From an uncultured Alphaproteobacteria bacterium (GTDB lineage Bacteria; Pseudomonadota; Alphaproteobacteria; Rs-D84): a stretch of DNA of 64,000 nt. Of the stretch, positions 35,763 through 46,466 are shown piece by piece (the first letter of the stretch is position 1; the number at the start of each line of letters is the position of its first letter). The position numbers were made by a program, and so were the translations under genes. The notes beneath the pieces were generated by a model. The model was given only the letters and a program-made list of their open reading frames with translations, searched no databases and had not been told where the DNA came from. The stretch spans positions 14,151 to 78,150 of the forward strand of contig CALXZM010000003.1 in NCBI GenBank assembly GCA_944393245.1, read 5' to 3'.

Positions 35763-36338
35763 TTAAAACAGTGATATTAAGCAAACGCCCAGGCCTGCTG
35801 CAATTATTGCGCCAATTGTCAATGGCCAAAAATATTTTTTTACTATCGCGTTGGCGCGTTCCTGGAAAAAATACAGCAATGTTGCGATGATTGCAAAGCG
35901 ACCCGTGCGGAATATTGCCGATACAGCAATAAATATCCACAGTGGGTATCCGATAAATCCCAACCATATCGCCAGTAATTTATACGGTATCGGTGTTACC
36001 GCCGTCAGTACGATTATCAAAATTCCGTATTTGCTGAACATCGGCTTTATCGCCGTTTCTATTAATTCGGGGTTGGTAAATGTGTTTATTATCCACTGGC
36101 CCAATGAATCCCACAGCCATGCACCAATCAGATATGCAATTGCACCACCGACAATCGAACCCAATGATGCCGCGATTGTAATCGGAACAGCACGTTTTTT
36201 GTTCGCAATAATGGGGGGCGTCATGAATACCTCTGGCGGGACGAAAAGGAATATCGATTCGCATACTGTTAAAATAAATACTATCCATGCATAGGCGCGA
36301 CTTTCTGATTTGCTTAAAATATATTCTGCGAATTTCAT
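35763..36338 (-). CDS. DedA/YqaA-superfamily inner-membrane protein
   Basis: 191 aa, 4-5 TM helices. Motif FLFVPPEVFMTPPII resembles the YqaA/DedA re-entrant loop consensus. Confidence 0.45.
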   Translation of the reverse strand: MKFAEYILSKSESRAYAWIVFILTVCESIFLFVPPEVFMTPPIIANKKRAVPITIAASLGSIVGGAIAYLIGAWLWDSLGQWIINTFTNPELIETAIKPMFSKYGILIIVLTAVTPIPYKLLAIWLGFIGYPLWIFIAVSAIFRTGRFAIIATLLYFFQERANAIVKKYFWPLTIGAIIAAGLGVCLISLF

Positions 36339-36432
36339 AAGTATCCTTTACAATAGGCAAAAAAATTTACTTGATTGTAATTTATCATTTTATAATTTAC
36401 AATCAATATATAAGTTAGCATGGTAAGTAAAA

Positions 36433-36786
36433 ATGAACAGACAAAATAATAATTCTAATCGGGCACAACGTATCGCCAGCAAGGTGCAAACCTTGGTCGC
36501 AGAAATTCTGCGCGATGATTTTGGTGATGACAAGATTATTTCAGGTGTGTCCCTGGTCGGGGCGGTGGCACATGGTGGGTTGCAGTTTGTACGGCTGTTT
36601 TATTATTCGCATAATCCTGATATAAATGCAGTGCAGGACAGATTGAATAAAATTACGCGTACGGTGCGATATGAATTGGCGGCGCGTATGAATCAAAAGT
36701 ATGTGCCTGAAATCCGATTCGAATATGATGATACGTTGGATCGGGCGGAACGAATGGAAAAAATTTTTCAAAATCTGGATAAATAA
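36433..36786 (+). CDS. rbfA: Ribosome-binding factor A
   Basis: 117 aa. Pattern RAQRIASKVQTLVAEILRD...ISGVSLV...VPEIRFEYDDTLDRAERMEKIF typical of the RbfA KH-like fold. Directly upstream of lepA. Confidence 0.65.
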   Translation: MNRQNNNSNRAQRIASKVQTLVAEILRDDFGDDKIISGVSLVGAVAHGGLQFVRLFYYSHNPDINAVQDRLNKITRTVRYELAARMNQKYVPEIRFEYDDTLDRAERMEKIFQNLDK

Positions 36787-36884
36787 AAAATATCTGCTTT
36801 TAGGCGTATTTTATAGTTGCAGATGTTCTTATACTGGTGTATCATTGCCGCATAGATTTGTGATAATGTATCCCAGGATTTTTT

Positions 36885-38684
36885 ATGAAGCAGCAGAATA
36901 TCAGAAACTTTGCAATCGTTGCGCATATTGACCACGGAAAATCAACCCTGTCGGACAGGTTGATTGAATATACCGGCGGTTTGCAATCGCGCGAAATGAA
37001 GGCACAGGTTCTGGATTCTATGGATATTGAACGTGAACGCGGAATCACGATTAAGGCGCAAACCGTTCGTTTGAACTATACCGCCAAAGATGGCCAGGTT
37101 TATCAATTGAATTTAATGGATACGCCGGGGCACGTTGACTTTTCATATGAAGTGTCACGGTCGCTGGCCGCGTGCGAAGGTGCGCTGATTTTGGTTGATG
37201 CAACCCAGGGGGTTCAGGCACAGACATTGGCAAATGCTTATCTGGCGTTGGATAATGATTTGGAAATGTTGCCTGTGCTGAACAAAATTGATTTGCCGTC
37301 CAGTGATGTTGATGGAACGCGTGCACAAATTGCGGATGTTATCGGGCTGGATGCGGGGGATGCGTTGTGTGTGTCCGGCAAAACCGGTGCCGGTGTCCCA
37401 GAATTATTGGAAGAAATTGTTCAGCGTTTACCCGCACCGCGTGGAAATGAAAATGCGCCAGCGCGCGCGTTGTTGGTGGATTCTTGGTATGATTCGTATC
37501 TGGGGGTTGTGGTATTGGTGCGCGTGGTTGATGGACGATTGACGCGTGGCCAGAAAATCAGATTTATGGCAACTGGTGCAGAATATTTAATTGAAAAAAT
37601 TGGATATTTTACACCAAAAATGGTTGATGTCGATTCGTTGGAAACTGGTGAAATCGGATTTATTATCACAGGTATGAAAACCATTCATGATTGCAAGGTT
37701 GGTGATACAATCGTTGATGCGCGCAATGGTGTGAACTGTGAACCGTTACCGGGGTTTAAGCCGTCTGTGCCGGTGGTGTTTGCGTCTTTTTTCCCAGTAG
37801 AGTCTGATGATTATCCAGCGTTACGTGACGGGGCTGAAAAGTTGGCGTTGAATGATGCGTCATTTGTGTTTACGGTGGAAAAATCGTCGGCGTTGGGATT
37901 TGGATTGCGATGCGGTTTTTTGGGACTGCTGCATATGGAAATTATCAGTGAACGGTTGCGTCGCGAATTCAATTTAAATCTGATAAATACTGTACCCAGC
38001 GTATTGTACAAAGTGTATTTGCGTGACGGTTCTGTGATTGATTTGGAAAATCCGGCTGATATGCCCGATCCAACACGAATTGCATCGATAGAAGAACCAT
38101 GGGTTCGGGCGACAATTATGATGCCTGATAAATACATGGGGGGCATTATGTCGCTGTGTTCGGAACGGCGCGGGGTTCAGGAAAATATTTCATATGTCGG
38201 AAATCGTGCGGTACTGGTGTATCAATTGCCGTTGGCGGAAATAGTGTTTGATTTTTATGATCGTGTAAAATCGCTGTCGTCGGGGTATGCGTCGTTTGAC
38301 TATGTGGTGCAGGGATATCGTCCGTCTGATTTGGTAAAGGTTTCCATATTGGTGAACGATGAAAATGTGGAACCGTTGTCGTTTATGTGTCATCGCAGTT
38401 TTGCTGAAAAACGTGGACGTCAGATTGTTGAACGGTTAAAGGATTTAATCCCACGACATCAATTTAAAATTCCATTACAGGCCGCAATCGGGGGCAAAAT
38501 TATCGCGCGTGAAACAATTGCTGCATATCGCAAGGATGTTACCGCAAAATGCTATGGCGGGGACATTACACGTAAAAGAAAGTTATTAGAAAAGCAAAAA
38601 GAAGGAAAGAAAAGAATGCGTACCTTTGGCAATGTAGAAATTCCGCAATCGGCATTTATCAATGCGTTAAAGGTTGGAAATTAA
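36885..38684 (+). CDS. lepA: Translation elongation factor 4 (LepA)
   Basis: N-terminal G domain [29 protein letters not shown]. LepA-specific C-terminal domain. 599 aa. Confidence 0.9.
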   Translation: MKQQNIRNFAIVAHIDHGKSTLSDRLIEYTGGLQSREMKAQVLDSMDIERERGITIKAQTVRLNYTAKDGQVYQLNLMDTPGHVDFSYEVSRSLAACEGALILVDATQGVQAQTLANAYLALDNDLEMLPVLNKIDLPSSDVDGTRAQIADVIGLDAGDALCVSGKTGAGVPELLEEIVQRLPAPRGNENAPARALLVDSWYDSYLGVVVLVRVVDGRLTRGQKIRFMATGAEYLIEKIGYFTPKMVDVDSLETGEIGFIITGMKTIHDCKVGDTIVDARNGVNCEPLPGFKPSVPVVFASFFPVESDDYPALRDGAEKLALNDASFVFTVEKSSALGFGLRCGFLGLLHMEIISERLRREFNLNLINTVPSVLYKVYLRDGSVIDLENPADMPDPTRIASIEEPWVRATIMMPDKYMGGIMSLCSERRGVQENISYVGNRAVLVYQLPLAEIVFDFYDRVKSLSSGYASFDYVVQGYRPSDLVKVSILVNDENVEPLSFMCHRSFAEKRGRQIVERLKDLIPRHQFKIPLQAAIGGKIIARETIAAYRKDVTAKCYGGDITRKRKLLEKQKEGKKRMRTFGNVEIPQSAFINALKVGN

Positions 38685-38728
38685 TACAGATATGGTATGT
38701 ATACAATGATTAAACAAAAGGAAAACAA

Positions 38729-39106
38729 ATGTCAGTATGGACATATATAACCAAAACACCAAAGCATATAATTCGTGCCGATTGGGATGAATATAAGTAT
38801 TTGGGTAAATGTGTGAATAGTGCAAGAAAGAAATGCGATATTGCACGCGCTGGTTTAAACCAGGGGAATAATGGATGCGTGTATGTGCGCTTTTATGATG
38901 TACCGGATTTTGGACGCGATACTGATGGTGGCAGACGGGCTGAACGTGAAACATGCGATAATTTTCAATACTCGGTTCCGTGCCGGAATAAAGATTGCCC
39001 TTACTATGAAAAAAATGTTGAATATTTCAGTGCAATGCATTTGCACAGGGCATTGGCAAAACAACGCAAAATATTCTGGGTACAGAAATTTGCAAATTGC
39101 AGATAA
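38729..39106 (+). CDS. Small Cys-rich protein, paralog A (unknown; mobile-element-associated)
   Basis: 125 aa with 7 Cys including CRNKDC. Basic C-terminus. Shares motifs (W.DE.K...C....R..L; C-x4-C; YF.A....K....FW) with the next ORF. Confidence 0.45.
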   Translation: MSVWTYITKTPKHIIRADWDEYKYLGKCVNSARKKCDIARAGLNQGNNGCVYVRFYDVPDFGRDTDGGRRAERETCDNFQYSVPCRNKDCPYYEKNVEYFSAMHLHRALAKQRKIFWVQKFANCR

Positions 39107-39118
39107 ACGGGGGCCATT

Positions 39119-39493
39119 ATGGTGTGTGCTGTAAAAGAGTGGCGCGATTTAAAACAAAAATGTGATGAAGCGTATAAAAAAGTCGATGCGTGTCGTGATG
39201 CGTTAAAGGGCAGATTTGACAAGCGTTTGTTTTCACCAGAAGCATGTTTTGCATGTATAAAAGTGGCTGTGGATGTTACAGAAACCAAAGATAAAAATTG
39301 GTTCGTTGTTAATTCTGATGTTTCGTTTTGCCCCAAATTTGTTCCTGAAAATTATGACGCAAAATGCACAAATAACGAATGTATGTTTCAACAACGCAAT
39401 CATGCTTATTTTGATGCGCTGAAAAAATATAACAATTTAATTAAGCAGAAAAATACTTTTTGGCGCGATAAATTACGTGTCAGAAAAAAATAA
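39119..39493 (+). CDS. Small Cys-rich protein, paralog B (unknown; mobile-element-associated)
   Basis: 124 aa with 8 Cys (CFAC, CTNNEC). Basic C-terminal tail RDKLRVRKK. 12-bp gap after paralog A. Confidence 0.45.
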   Translation: MVCAVKEWRDLKQKCDEAYKKVDACRDALKGRFDKRLFSPEACFACIKVAVDVTETKDKNWFVVNSDVSFCPKFVPENYDAKCTNNECMFQQRNHAYFDALKKYNNLIKQKNTFWRDKLRVRKK

Positions 39494-39513
39494 AATACAA
39501 TGGGGGACGGGAT

Positions 39514-40512
39514 ATGGCGCATCAATTTTTCTTTAATCCGTTCATATTGGATAATCTGCCTGCGCCGTCCGCCGGGTTTGATGTTGTCCAGGATTTGTCT
39601 GAACCGCGTTTGCGCATGTATGTTACCAGTCGCGGGGTAAAAACTTTTTTCGTGCGCAAACGTGTTCATGGACGTGATAAAAGAATAATTATTGGTAATT
39701 ATCCAGATGTGGATATAGAACAGGCGCGTGGTGCCGTCCCAGGTGTGTTGGCAACCGCCATGGAAAAACCACATGTCCACAGAAAAAAAATAACACTGAA
39801 AAAATTCATGGATTTATATCTGGAAAAACGGGTGCGTCGCAACAGTTATTCGCGATATAAATTGGAACGTGCGATAAAACATCATTTGGGGCCGTTAATG
39901 GATAAAAATATTTCTGATATAACGACCGATGATGTCGCAAATGTAATTGATAATATTGGTGGACGTGCGATTGCTGCGCGTATGCAGGAATTTTTGCAAA
40001 GTGTTTTTAAGTATGCGATTGATTCTGGATATGCAAAACAAAATCCAGTTGCGGTATTACCAAAAATCCAACAAACACGTCGTGTGCGACCACTGAACCG
40101 TGCCGGTTTTCACAGATTGTTGGATGCGATTAATCGTGAACCTGATTTAAATTTGCGTGCGGCGTTTTTAATGTTGGTTTATGCGTTTGCACCAAAAAGC
40201 CAGGTTTTTTCCATGCAGTGGTCTGATTTGGATTTTAATCATGATACATGGGGCGACAGACCCTTGTCTGATATGGCAATTGTTTTGTTACAGGATTTGC
40301 CCCAGGATGGAATATGGGTTTTCCCGGGGCGGGGACGTGGGCATTTGACTGATCCGCGTGTGGCATGGCGACGCGTGGCGAAAAATGCAGGAATTCCAAA
40401 TTTGACCATGGATGATGTGCATAAATTCTTGGTACGACAATTGACTTGGACGTCTGATCGTGAAGATTTTAGGGCCAATATGAATGCGTTGTTGGCTGAT
40501 GTTATGGCGTAA
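39514..40512 (+). pseudogene. Degenerate tyrosine-recombinase (P4-type integrase-like) gene; catalytic residues apparently lost
   Basis: The N-terminal arm-binding-like region (RLRMYVTSRGVKTFFVRKRV) and the integrase SAM-like/core blocks (FMDLYLEKRV...; MQWSDLDF) are recognisable. The box I Arg is replaced (APKSQVF instead of LRRGEL), the box II HxxR is degenerate, and there is no C-terminal Tyr. No downstream continuation in other frames. Confidence 0.5.
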
Positions 40513-40648
40513 GTGCGGTGTTAAACCAACAATATCAATTTTTGTTATCATTTGTTATAATTCCTTGACACCAGGGTTAGAAAATGATAGTTTTAAGTAA
40601 TGACGCCCGAAAGTGGGCCACAAATTTAACTGAAACAAAGGATAAAAA

Positions 40649-40885
40649 ATGACAACTTTTGAAAAAGTAAAAAAAATCGTGTGCGAAAAATTGGGCGTAC
40701 CAGAAGCCAAGGTTAAAGAAGATGCTTCATTTGTAAATGATTTGGGCGCTGATTCTTTGGACGTTGTTGAATTCGTTATGGCTGTTGAACAGGAATTCGG
40801 CATCGAAATCCCAGATGACCAGGCGACAAAATTGTCGACCGTTGGTGAAGCCGTCAAATATATTGACGAACACACTAAAAAATAA
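40649..40885 (+). CDS. acpP: Acyl carrier protein
   Basis: 78 aa with LGADSLD phosphopantetheine-attachment motif. Confidence 0.92.
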   Translation: MTTFEKVKKIVCEKLGVPEAKVKEDASFVNDLGADSLDVVEFVMAVEQEFGIEIPDDQATKLSTVGEAVKYIDEHTKK

Positions 40886-41022
40886 TCTGGGGTGTTTGCC
40901 AGATTAACAGTTAAATCCGTTGACGAATTTTTTGTCGTTGACGGATTTTTTTCTGTACGTATGACTGGAAACGGGTTATTATATCGGTGTGTTTATACAA
41001 AAACTTATAAAGGATAAAAAGC

Positions 41023-42276
41023 ATGAAAAGAGTTGTTATTACCGGTATGGGGATTGTTTCACCGGTTGGAACAGGAATTGAATACGCATGGAAAAATATT
41101 TTAAATGGCGTTTCCGGTGTGCGTAAAATCGATACGTTCGATGCATCTGATTTGACTTCACAGATTGCAGGGTTGCCAATTATTGGGACTGAACCAGGGC
41201 AATATAATCCTGATTCTGTTGTTGATGCACGTGAACAACGCAAAATGGATAAATCTATTGTATATGGCGTTGTTGCCGCGGATGAAGCAATTCGTGATGC
41301 CGGGCTGATTGAATATGACGGTGATAAAACACGTATCGGTGTTTCAATTGGCGCAGGTATTGGCGGATTGAATACCATTTATGATAACTGTGTGGAATTG
41401 TATGCAAATGGGCCACGCCATATCAGTCCGTTTTTTATTCCAAAGGTTATTATTAACATGACTGCGGGACATGTTTCAATCAGATATGGATTAAAAGGAC
41501 CGAATTTGTCCGTCGTTACAGCGTGCGCGTCGGCGGCACATTCAATTGGCGAAGCGGTACGTTTGATTCAGCATGGTGATGCAGATATTATGGTTGCCGG
41601 CGGGGCCGAGGGCGCAGTCGGTAAAATTGGTGTTGCAGGATTCTGTGCGATGAAGGCTTTGTCCACACGCAATGACGCGCCTGAAAAAGCATCACGCCCA
41701 TGGGACAAGGAACGTGATGGATTTGTCATGGCCGAAGGTGCCGGTATTTTGGTACTGGAAGAATATGAACACGCCGTTGCACGTGGTGCAAAAATTTATG
41801 CAGAGGTTGCAGGATATGGTCTGTCGGGTGATGCGTATCATATTACCGCCCCAGCCCCAGGTGGCGAAGGTGGCATGCGTGCAATGCAGGCCGCGTTAAA
41901 TGATGCCGGTATGCAACCGGGTGATGTTGATTATATTAATGCGCATGGTACATCAACGGGATTGGGTGATTTGGGCGAATTAAATGCCGTTAAAACCCTG
42001 TTCGCGGGTACAGATGTTTGCATGTCTTCGACCAAATCCATGACGGGACATTTGTTGGGTGCCGCGGGTGCCGTTGAATCAATATTCTGTGTTTTGGCGA
42101 TTCGTGACGGTATTGTTCCGCCAACCATCAATTTGGAAAATCCAGAAGATGAAGTCGGTGATTTCAATTTGGTTCCAAATGTTGCACAACAGCGTCCAGT
42201 TAATGTCGCGTTGAGTAACTCTTTTGGATTCGGTGGCACAAATGCCAGTTTGGTAATCAAACGATTCGAAAAGTAA
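41023..42276 (+). CDS. fabF: 3-oxoacyl-[ACP] synthase II
   Basis: 417 aa. Active-site Cys in VVTACASAAHSIGEA, catalytic His blocks (INAHGTST, GHLLGAAG), C-terminal NSFGFGGTNASLV. Confidence 0.9.
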   Translation: MKRVVITGMGIVSPVGTGIEYAWKNILNGVSGVRKIDTFDASDLTSQIAGLPIIGTEPGQYNPDSVVDAREQRKMDKSIVYGVVAADEAIRDAGLIEYDGDKTRIGVSIGAGIGGLNTIYDNCVELYANGPRHISPFFIPKVIINMTAGHVSIRYGLKGPNLSVVTACASAAHSIGEAVRLIQHGDADIMVAGGAEGAVGKIGVAGFCAMKALSTRNDAPEKASRPWDKERDGFVMAEGAGILVLEEYEHAVARGAKIYAEVAGYGLSGDAYHITAPAPGGEGGMRAMQAALNDAGMQPGDVDYINAHGTSTGLGDLGELNAVKTLFAGTDVCMSSTKSMTGHLLGAAGAVESIFCVLAIRDGIVPPTINLENPEDEVGDFNLVPNVAQQRPVNVALSNSFGFGGTNASLVIKRFEK

Positions 42277-42282
42277 TAAAAA

Positions 42283-42310
42283 AACGGGGCGTTGCCCCGT
42301 TTTTTATTTT
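42283..42310. terminator. Bidirectional intrinsic terminator (AACGGGGC-GTT-GCCCCGTT) between fabF and the acyl-CoA synthetase gene
   Basis: A6 upstream and T6 downstream of a GC-rich stem. The same stem motif recurs at 19953 and 46362. Confidence 0.7.
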
Positions 42311-43992
42311 TGTTTTTCTTCGTCTTTGCCCAATCCAATAACGTTTTTGACGGGGTCTATGATAGTATCCTTGGCACTGTCCAGTGTGCGGATTAATGCG
42401 CGACGGATTTTGCCAGATATTGTCATCGGCAGACTGTCGACGAATTCAATTACGCGCGGGTATTTATATGATGCCGTGCGTGCGCGAACGTGGTCCTGTA
42501 ATTGACGGATTAAAACGTCGGTGCCCTGAAAGTATTTGTTCAGAACAATTGTTGCCTTGACCGCCATGCCACGTGTCGGGTCTGGAATTCCAGTGACGGC
42601 AACTTCACGTACAGCGGGATGTTCCAACAGGACGCTTTCAACCTCAAACGGGCTGACGCGATATCCTGATGTTTTTATTAAATCGTCATTGCGGCCGACA
42701 AACCAATAATATCCATCGGCATCACGGTATGCCACGTCACCAGTATGATAATAACCATCGCGGAATACCTTGGACGTTAATTTGTCGTTTTTATGATAAC
42801 CCTGGAACAGGCCAACCGGATGACCGTTTTTTAACGAAACGCATATTTCACCAACTGTGCCGGTCGGAACAGGGCGACCACCTTCGTCCAGTAACTGAAC
42901 ATCCCAACCGGCCGCAGGCATGCCCATGCTGCCTGGTTTGGGTTCTATCCATTGGTTGGTAAACATCATCAGGCATGTTTCTGTTTGGCCGAAACCTTCG
43001 TGTAATTTTATGCCTGTCGATTTTTGAAAACGTTCAAAAACCTCTGGATTTAATGCTTCGCCGGCAACGTCGGCCTTGGCCAGGGCTGATAAATCATATT
43101 TGCTGAAATCGGCATGTATTAACATTTTGTAAACTGTTGGGGGCGCGCAAAATGATGTTATGTGATGTGTTGCCATGGCACTTAACAAATCGTGGGCAGT
43201 GGCGATGCCGGAAAAATCAAATACGAAAACCGTTGCGCCAGCCAACCATTGGCCATACATTTTTCCCCATGAACATTTTGCCCAGCCAGATTCAGATAAT
43301 GTAAAGTGTATATCACCATCGTGCAGACGTTGCCAAAAGACGGCTGTATTTATATGCCCCAATGGATATGTAAAATTATGCGCAACCATTTTTGGCATGG
43401 CGGTTGTGCCACTGGTGAAATATATTACCATCGTATCTGTGTTTTCATTTGGAACGCGTTCCAATGTTGTTGGCATTGTGTTAATGGATTCAGCAATTGC
43501 GTCATTGAATATTAACGGAATGTCCTTGTTTGTGATTGCCTTTTTAATTTCATCAATTATGTGACCGTCATCAAATGCAATAACGGCCTTGGATTCTGCC
43601 TGTTCAATGCGGTATTCGATATCTTCGGCCTTTAATTGATTAGTTGACGGAATGGGAATCACACCGATTTTATGCATTGCCAACATTAAAATCCAATATT
43701 CCCAACGACGGCGCATAAACAGTAATACCGTGTCACCACGTGTCAAGCCGCGCGATAACAAAAAGTTTGCAACTGCATTTGACATACGTGATAAGTCCCG
43801 GAATGTAAATTTCTTTGTTTCGCCCGAATCGTTTGTCCACAGCAATGCAATTGCGTCGGGGGTTTCCTGGGCCAATACATCAATTACATCATATGCAAAA
43901 TTAAAGTGGTCCGGAACAATCGGTGCACCATTTTTAATATAATCATCATAATTTTCAAATTTTTCCTGTTTCAAAAATTTAAGTGCAAACAT
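42304..43992 (-). CDS. AMP-dependent synthetase/ligase (acyl-CoA synthetase family)
   Basis: AMP-binding signature YFTSGTTAMPKMV, and the TGD...GR..D..K C-terminal motif (YHTGDVAYRDADGYYWFVGRNDDLIKTSGYRVSP). 562 aa. Confidence 0.75.
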   Translation of the reverse strand: MFALKFLKQEKFENYDDYIKNGAPIVPDHFNFAYDVIDVLAQETPDAIALLWTNDSGETKKFTFRDLSRMSNAVANFLLSRGLTRGDTVLLFMRRRWEYWILMLAMHKIGVIPIPSTNQLKAEDIEYRIEQAESKAVIAFDDGHIIDEIKKAITNKDIPLIFNDAIAESINTMPTTLERVPNENTDTMVIYFTSGTTAMPKMVAHNFTYPLGHINTAVFWQRLHDGDIHFTLSESGWAKCSWGKMYGQWLAGATVFVFDFSGIATAHDLLSAMATHHITSFCAPPTVYKMLIHADFSKYDLSALAKADVAGEALNPEVFERFQKSTGIKLHEGFGQTETCLMMFTNQWIEPKPGSMGMPAAGWDVQLLDEGGRPVPTGTVGEICVSLKNGHPVGLFQGYHKNDKLTSKVFRDGYYHTGDVAYRDADGYYWFVGRNDDLIKTSGYRVSPFEVESVLLEHPAVREVAVTGIPDPTRGMAVKATIVLNKYFQGTDVLIRQLQDHVRARTASYKYPRVIEFVDSLPMTISGKIRRALIRTLDSAKDTIIDPVKNVIGLGKDEEKQK

Positions 43993-44081
43993 TTTTACTT
44001 TTTCCTTTATGTATGTTTAGTACCTGGAAAGTATTGCAGATATTTTTCACATAGTAAAAGAAAAATAGCAAATAAAAACAG

Positions 44082-44110
44082 TTGATTTTTTATGTGGATG
44101 GGTGCATAAT
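44082..44110 (+). promoter_or_regulatory. Candidate sigma70 promoter TTGATT-N17-CATAAT for tRNA-Pro
   Basis: -35 at 44082-44087, -10 at 44105-44110, ~30 nt upstream of the tRNA 5' end. Confidence 0.4.
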
Positions 44111-44141
44111 CGGCCTGCTTGACTAAATGGATTAGAAGTAG

Positions 44142-44218
<77 letters not shown>

Positions 44219-44287
44219 GGAATTAAAACCACCATTGGTGGTTTTTATTTTTGCAAGTTGGATTTTTATCTGTATAATTGATTAGCA

Positions 44288-45304
44288 ATGAAAATGAAAA
44301 AAATTATTCAATCCAATAAATATGTAACTGTTATATGTATCGCAATAATAATTATTGTTATTGCGCTGGTTTGGGTGTTCGGAATTCATTCAACAGTACG
44401 TCAGGATGCTGTTTTTAATGTGACGCGCGGGGCCAGTGTTTCACATGTTGCCGCGCAATTAGATGCGCGGGGGTTAATCGATTCGCAATTTTTATTTAAG
44501 TTGGCCGTGCGTGGTAATGGCGGGGCCGTACAGTCGGGGCAGTATGATATTCCGCGTGGGGCCAGTGTTTGGCGTATTGCCGGCATGTTTGCGCATGGTG
44601 ATGTTGCCGCCACAACCGTTGTCGTACCCGAAGGATTGACCGTAAAACAAATAAAAGAATTATTAATGAATGATACCACGTTGACTGGCGGGGTTGAATG
44701 TGGCGCAGGTACAGATTTGCCGGTTTGTAATTTGCATGATGGTGATTTGTTCCCGGATACATACCGGGTTGCGCGTGGAACATCGCGTTTGGCATTGTTG
44801 GATTTAATGCGTAAAAAAATGCTGGAAATAGAAAGCAAGTGGGACAGGGCGGGGCGTATCGTGCCAAAGCCACTAAAAACATGGAACGATGTTATTACAT
44901 TGGCATCCATTGTTCAGAAAGAAACACCAAAAAAGTCAGAAATGCCAATTGTGGCCAGTGTTTATTTGAATCGATTGCGTGATGGAATGCGTTTGCAGGC
45001 GGATCCGACGGTTGTGTATGCTTTGACCGATGGGTTGGGGGATATGCGCGGGCGGCCACTGCTGCGTGGGGCACTGAAAATAAACAGTCCATATAATACA
45101 TATACAAATTATGGATTGCCACCCGCGCCAATTGCTAATGTGGGGTTGGATGCGATACGTGCGGTGCTGCAACCGGCCGATACAAATTATTTGTATTTTG
45201 TGGCAGATGGGCGGGGTGGGCATAGGTTTGCCCGTACATATGCCGAACATATGAAAAATCATGCCGACTGGCGTATGATAAAAAAAATTCAAAATGAAAA
45301 TTAA
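44288..45304 (+). CDS. mltG: Endolytic murein transglycosylase MltG (YceG-like)
   Basis: N-terminal TM anchor, then YceG-like domain (SGQYDIPRGASV...; LQADPTVVYAL; catalytic Glu in IVQKETPK). Confidence 0.75.
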   Translation: MKMKKIIQSNKYVTVICIAIIIIVIALVWVFGIHSTVRQDAVFNVTRGASVSHVAAQLDARGLIDSQFLFKLAVRGNGGAVQSGQYDIPRGASVWRIAGMFAHGDVAATTVVVPEGLTVKQIKELLMNDTTLTGGVECGAGTDLPVCNLHDGDLFPDTYRVARGTSRLALLDLMRKKMLEIESKWDRAGRIVPKPLKTWNDVITLASIVQKETPKKSEMPIVASVYLNRLRDGMRLQADPTVVYALTDGLGDMRGRPLLRGALKINSPYNTYTNYGLPPAPIANVGLDAIRAVLQPADTNYLYFVADGRGGHRFARTYAEHMKNHADWRMIKKIQNEN

Positions 45305-45564
45305 AAATCTGCAATTCATTAAAAAGTTTAATAATTTATTTACTGAATAAATTTTGATTAAAAAAATTAAAACGCCCAGGATTTAGGGCGTTTTAATTGA
45401 TTGCTTGTGAATAAAATCCGATTCGCGCACCCGCGTAATATATCATATTTTTGCATAAAATGCAAAAATCTTTAAACTTGCAAAGGGTTTGATTCACAAT
45501 ATACAATTATATTATAACTAGACGTAAAAATCTGGTTCCCGAGAACATAACGAAAGGATACATT

Positions 45565-46341
45565 ATGAAAAAATTAGTTTTAACATCTTTATTGGCAGTT
45601 TTTGCGGCAACTGGTGCAAACGCGGCAATCAACGATAATCCGTTGTATCGTCCGGACCAGGGACGCTTTTACAGTGTGACGGCGTTGGAATCATCGTCAC
45701 GGTCAACCAATACATATACTTTGGGCGAAGCATTTGGTTATGGTATTACAGACAGATTGGCAGTTGGTTTGGAAACAACCGCGTCAACAGCGAATTGGTT
45801 TGACCAAAATTCTTGGGATACATTTGGTGTTGGTTTGAATTACCGCGTATTTGACGGCGCAAATTGGAAGGCTGATGTATTTGGCTCTTATGGGTTCGGC
45901 GGTGTTTGGCCATATGGCGAAACATTCCTGGGCGAAGGAAATACATTGTATGCATGGACGGTTGGCGCCAGTGTTGGTTATGAAACAGCAGAATGGACAG
46001 TTGCGGGGCACATCGCATATGATTATTTAAATTCAGAATCATTCAACTGGGGTGATGATGGCGTTCATTCTTTGCGCGTTGGTGCCGATGCATTATTTGC
46101 AATGAATACGCAATGGTCATTGGTATTGGGTGCTGAATACCAGATTGATGACATGGGTGATTTGACGAACGAAGACAACCGTGGCACATGGTTGGGTAAA
46201 TTGGGTGTAAACTATAACATTGATGACGCCAAATTCATTGGTGCATATGTTGGTAAAGAAATGAGCCATACACCTAATGCTGGTGAATGGAAAATTGAAG
46301 ACGGCTTTGCATATGGTGTAAAGTTTGGTATTGAATTTTAA
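45565..46341 (+). CDS. Outer-membrane beta-barrel protein (porin-like, unknown family)
   Basis: Signal peptide MKKLVLTSLLAVFAATGANA. Alternating amphipathic strands rich in G/Y/W. C-terminal ...GVKFGIEF. Confidence 0.6.
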   Translation: MKKLVLTSLLAVFAATGANAAINDNPLYRPDQGRFYSVTALESSSRSTNTYTLGEAFGYGITDRLAVGLETTASTANWFDQNSWDTFGVGLNYRVFDGANWKADVFGSYGFGGVWPYGETFLGEGNTLYAWTVGASVGYETAEWTVAGHIAYDYLNSESFNWGDDGVHSLRVGADALFAMNTQWSLVLGAEYQIDDMGDLTNEDNRGTWLGKLGVNYNIDDAKFIGAYVGKEMSHTPNAGEWKIEDGFAYGVKFGIEF

Positions 46342-46361
46342 TACCCAACAGACTGAACAAA

Positions 46362-46386
46362 AACGGGGCGTTTGCCCCGTTTTTAT
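46362..46386 (+). terminator. Intrinsic terminator after the OMP gene (ACGGGGC-GTTT-GCCCCGT + T-run)
   Basis: GC-rich 7-bp stem followed by TTTTTATT. Confidence 0.7.
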
Positions 46387-46390
46387 TAGA

Positions 46391-46466
46391 TAACAGAGTA
46401 CAGATAACAGAGAACAGATAACAGAGAACAGATAACAGAGAACAGAGAACAGAGAACAGAGAGCAG
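46391..46466. repeat. Heptanucleotide microsatellite (AACAGAG/AACAGAT, about 11 units)
   Basis: TAACAGAGTACAGATAACAGAGAACAGATAACAGAGAACAGATAACAGAGAACAGAGAACAGAGAACAGAGAGCAG. Lies between the OMP terminator and the str-operon promoter. Confidence 0.85.
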
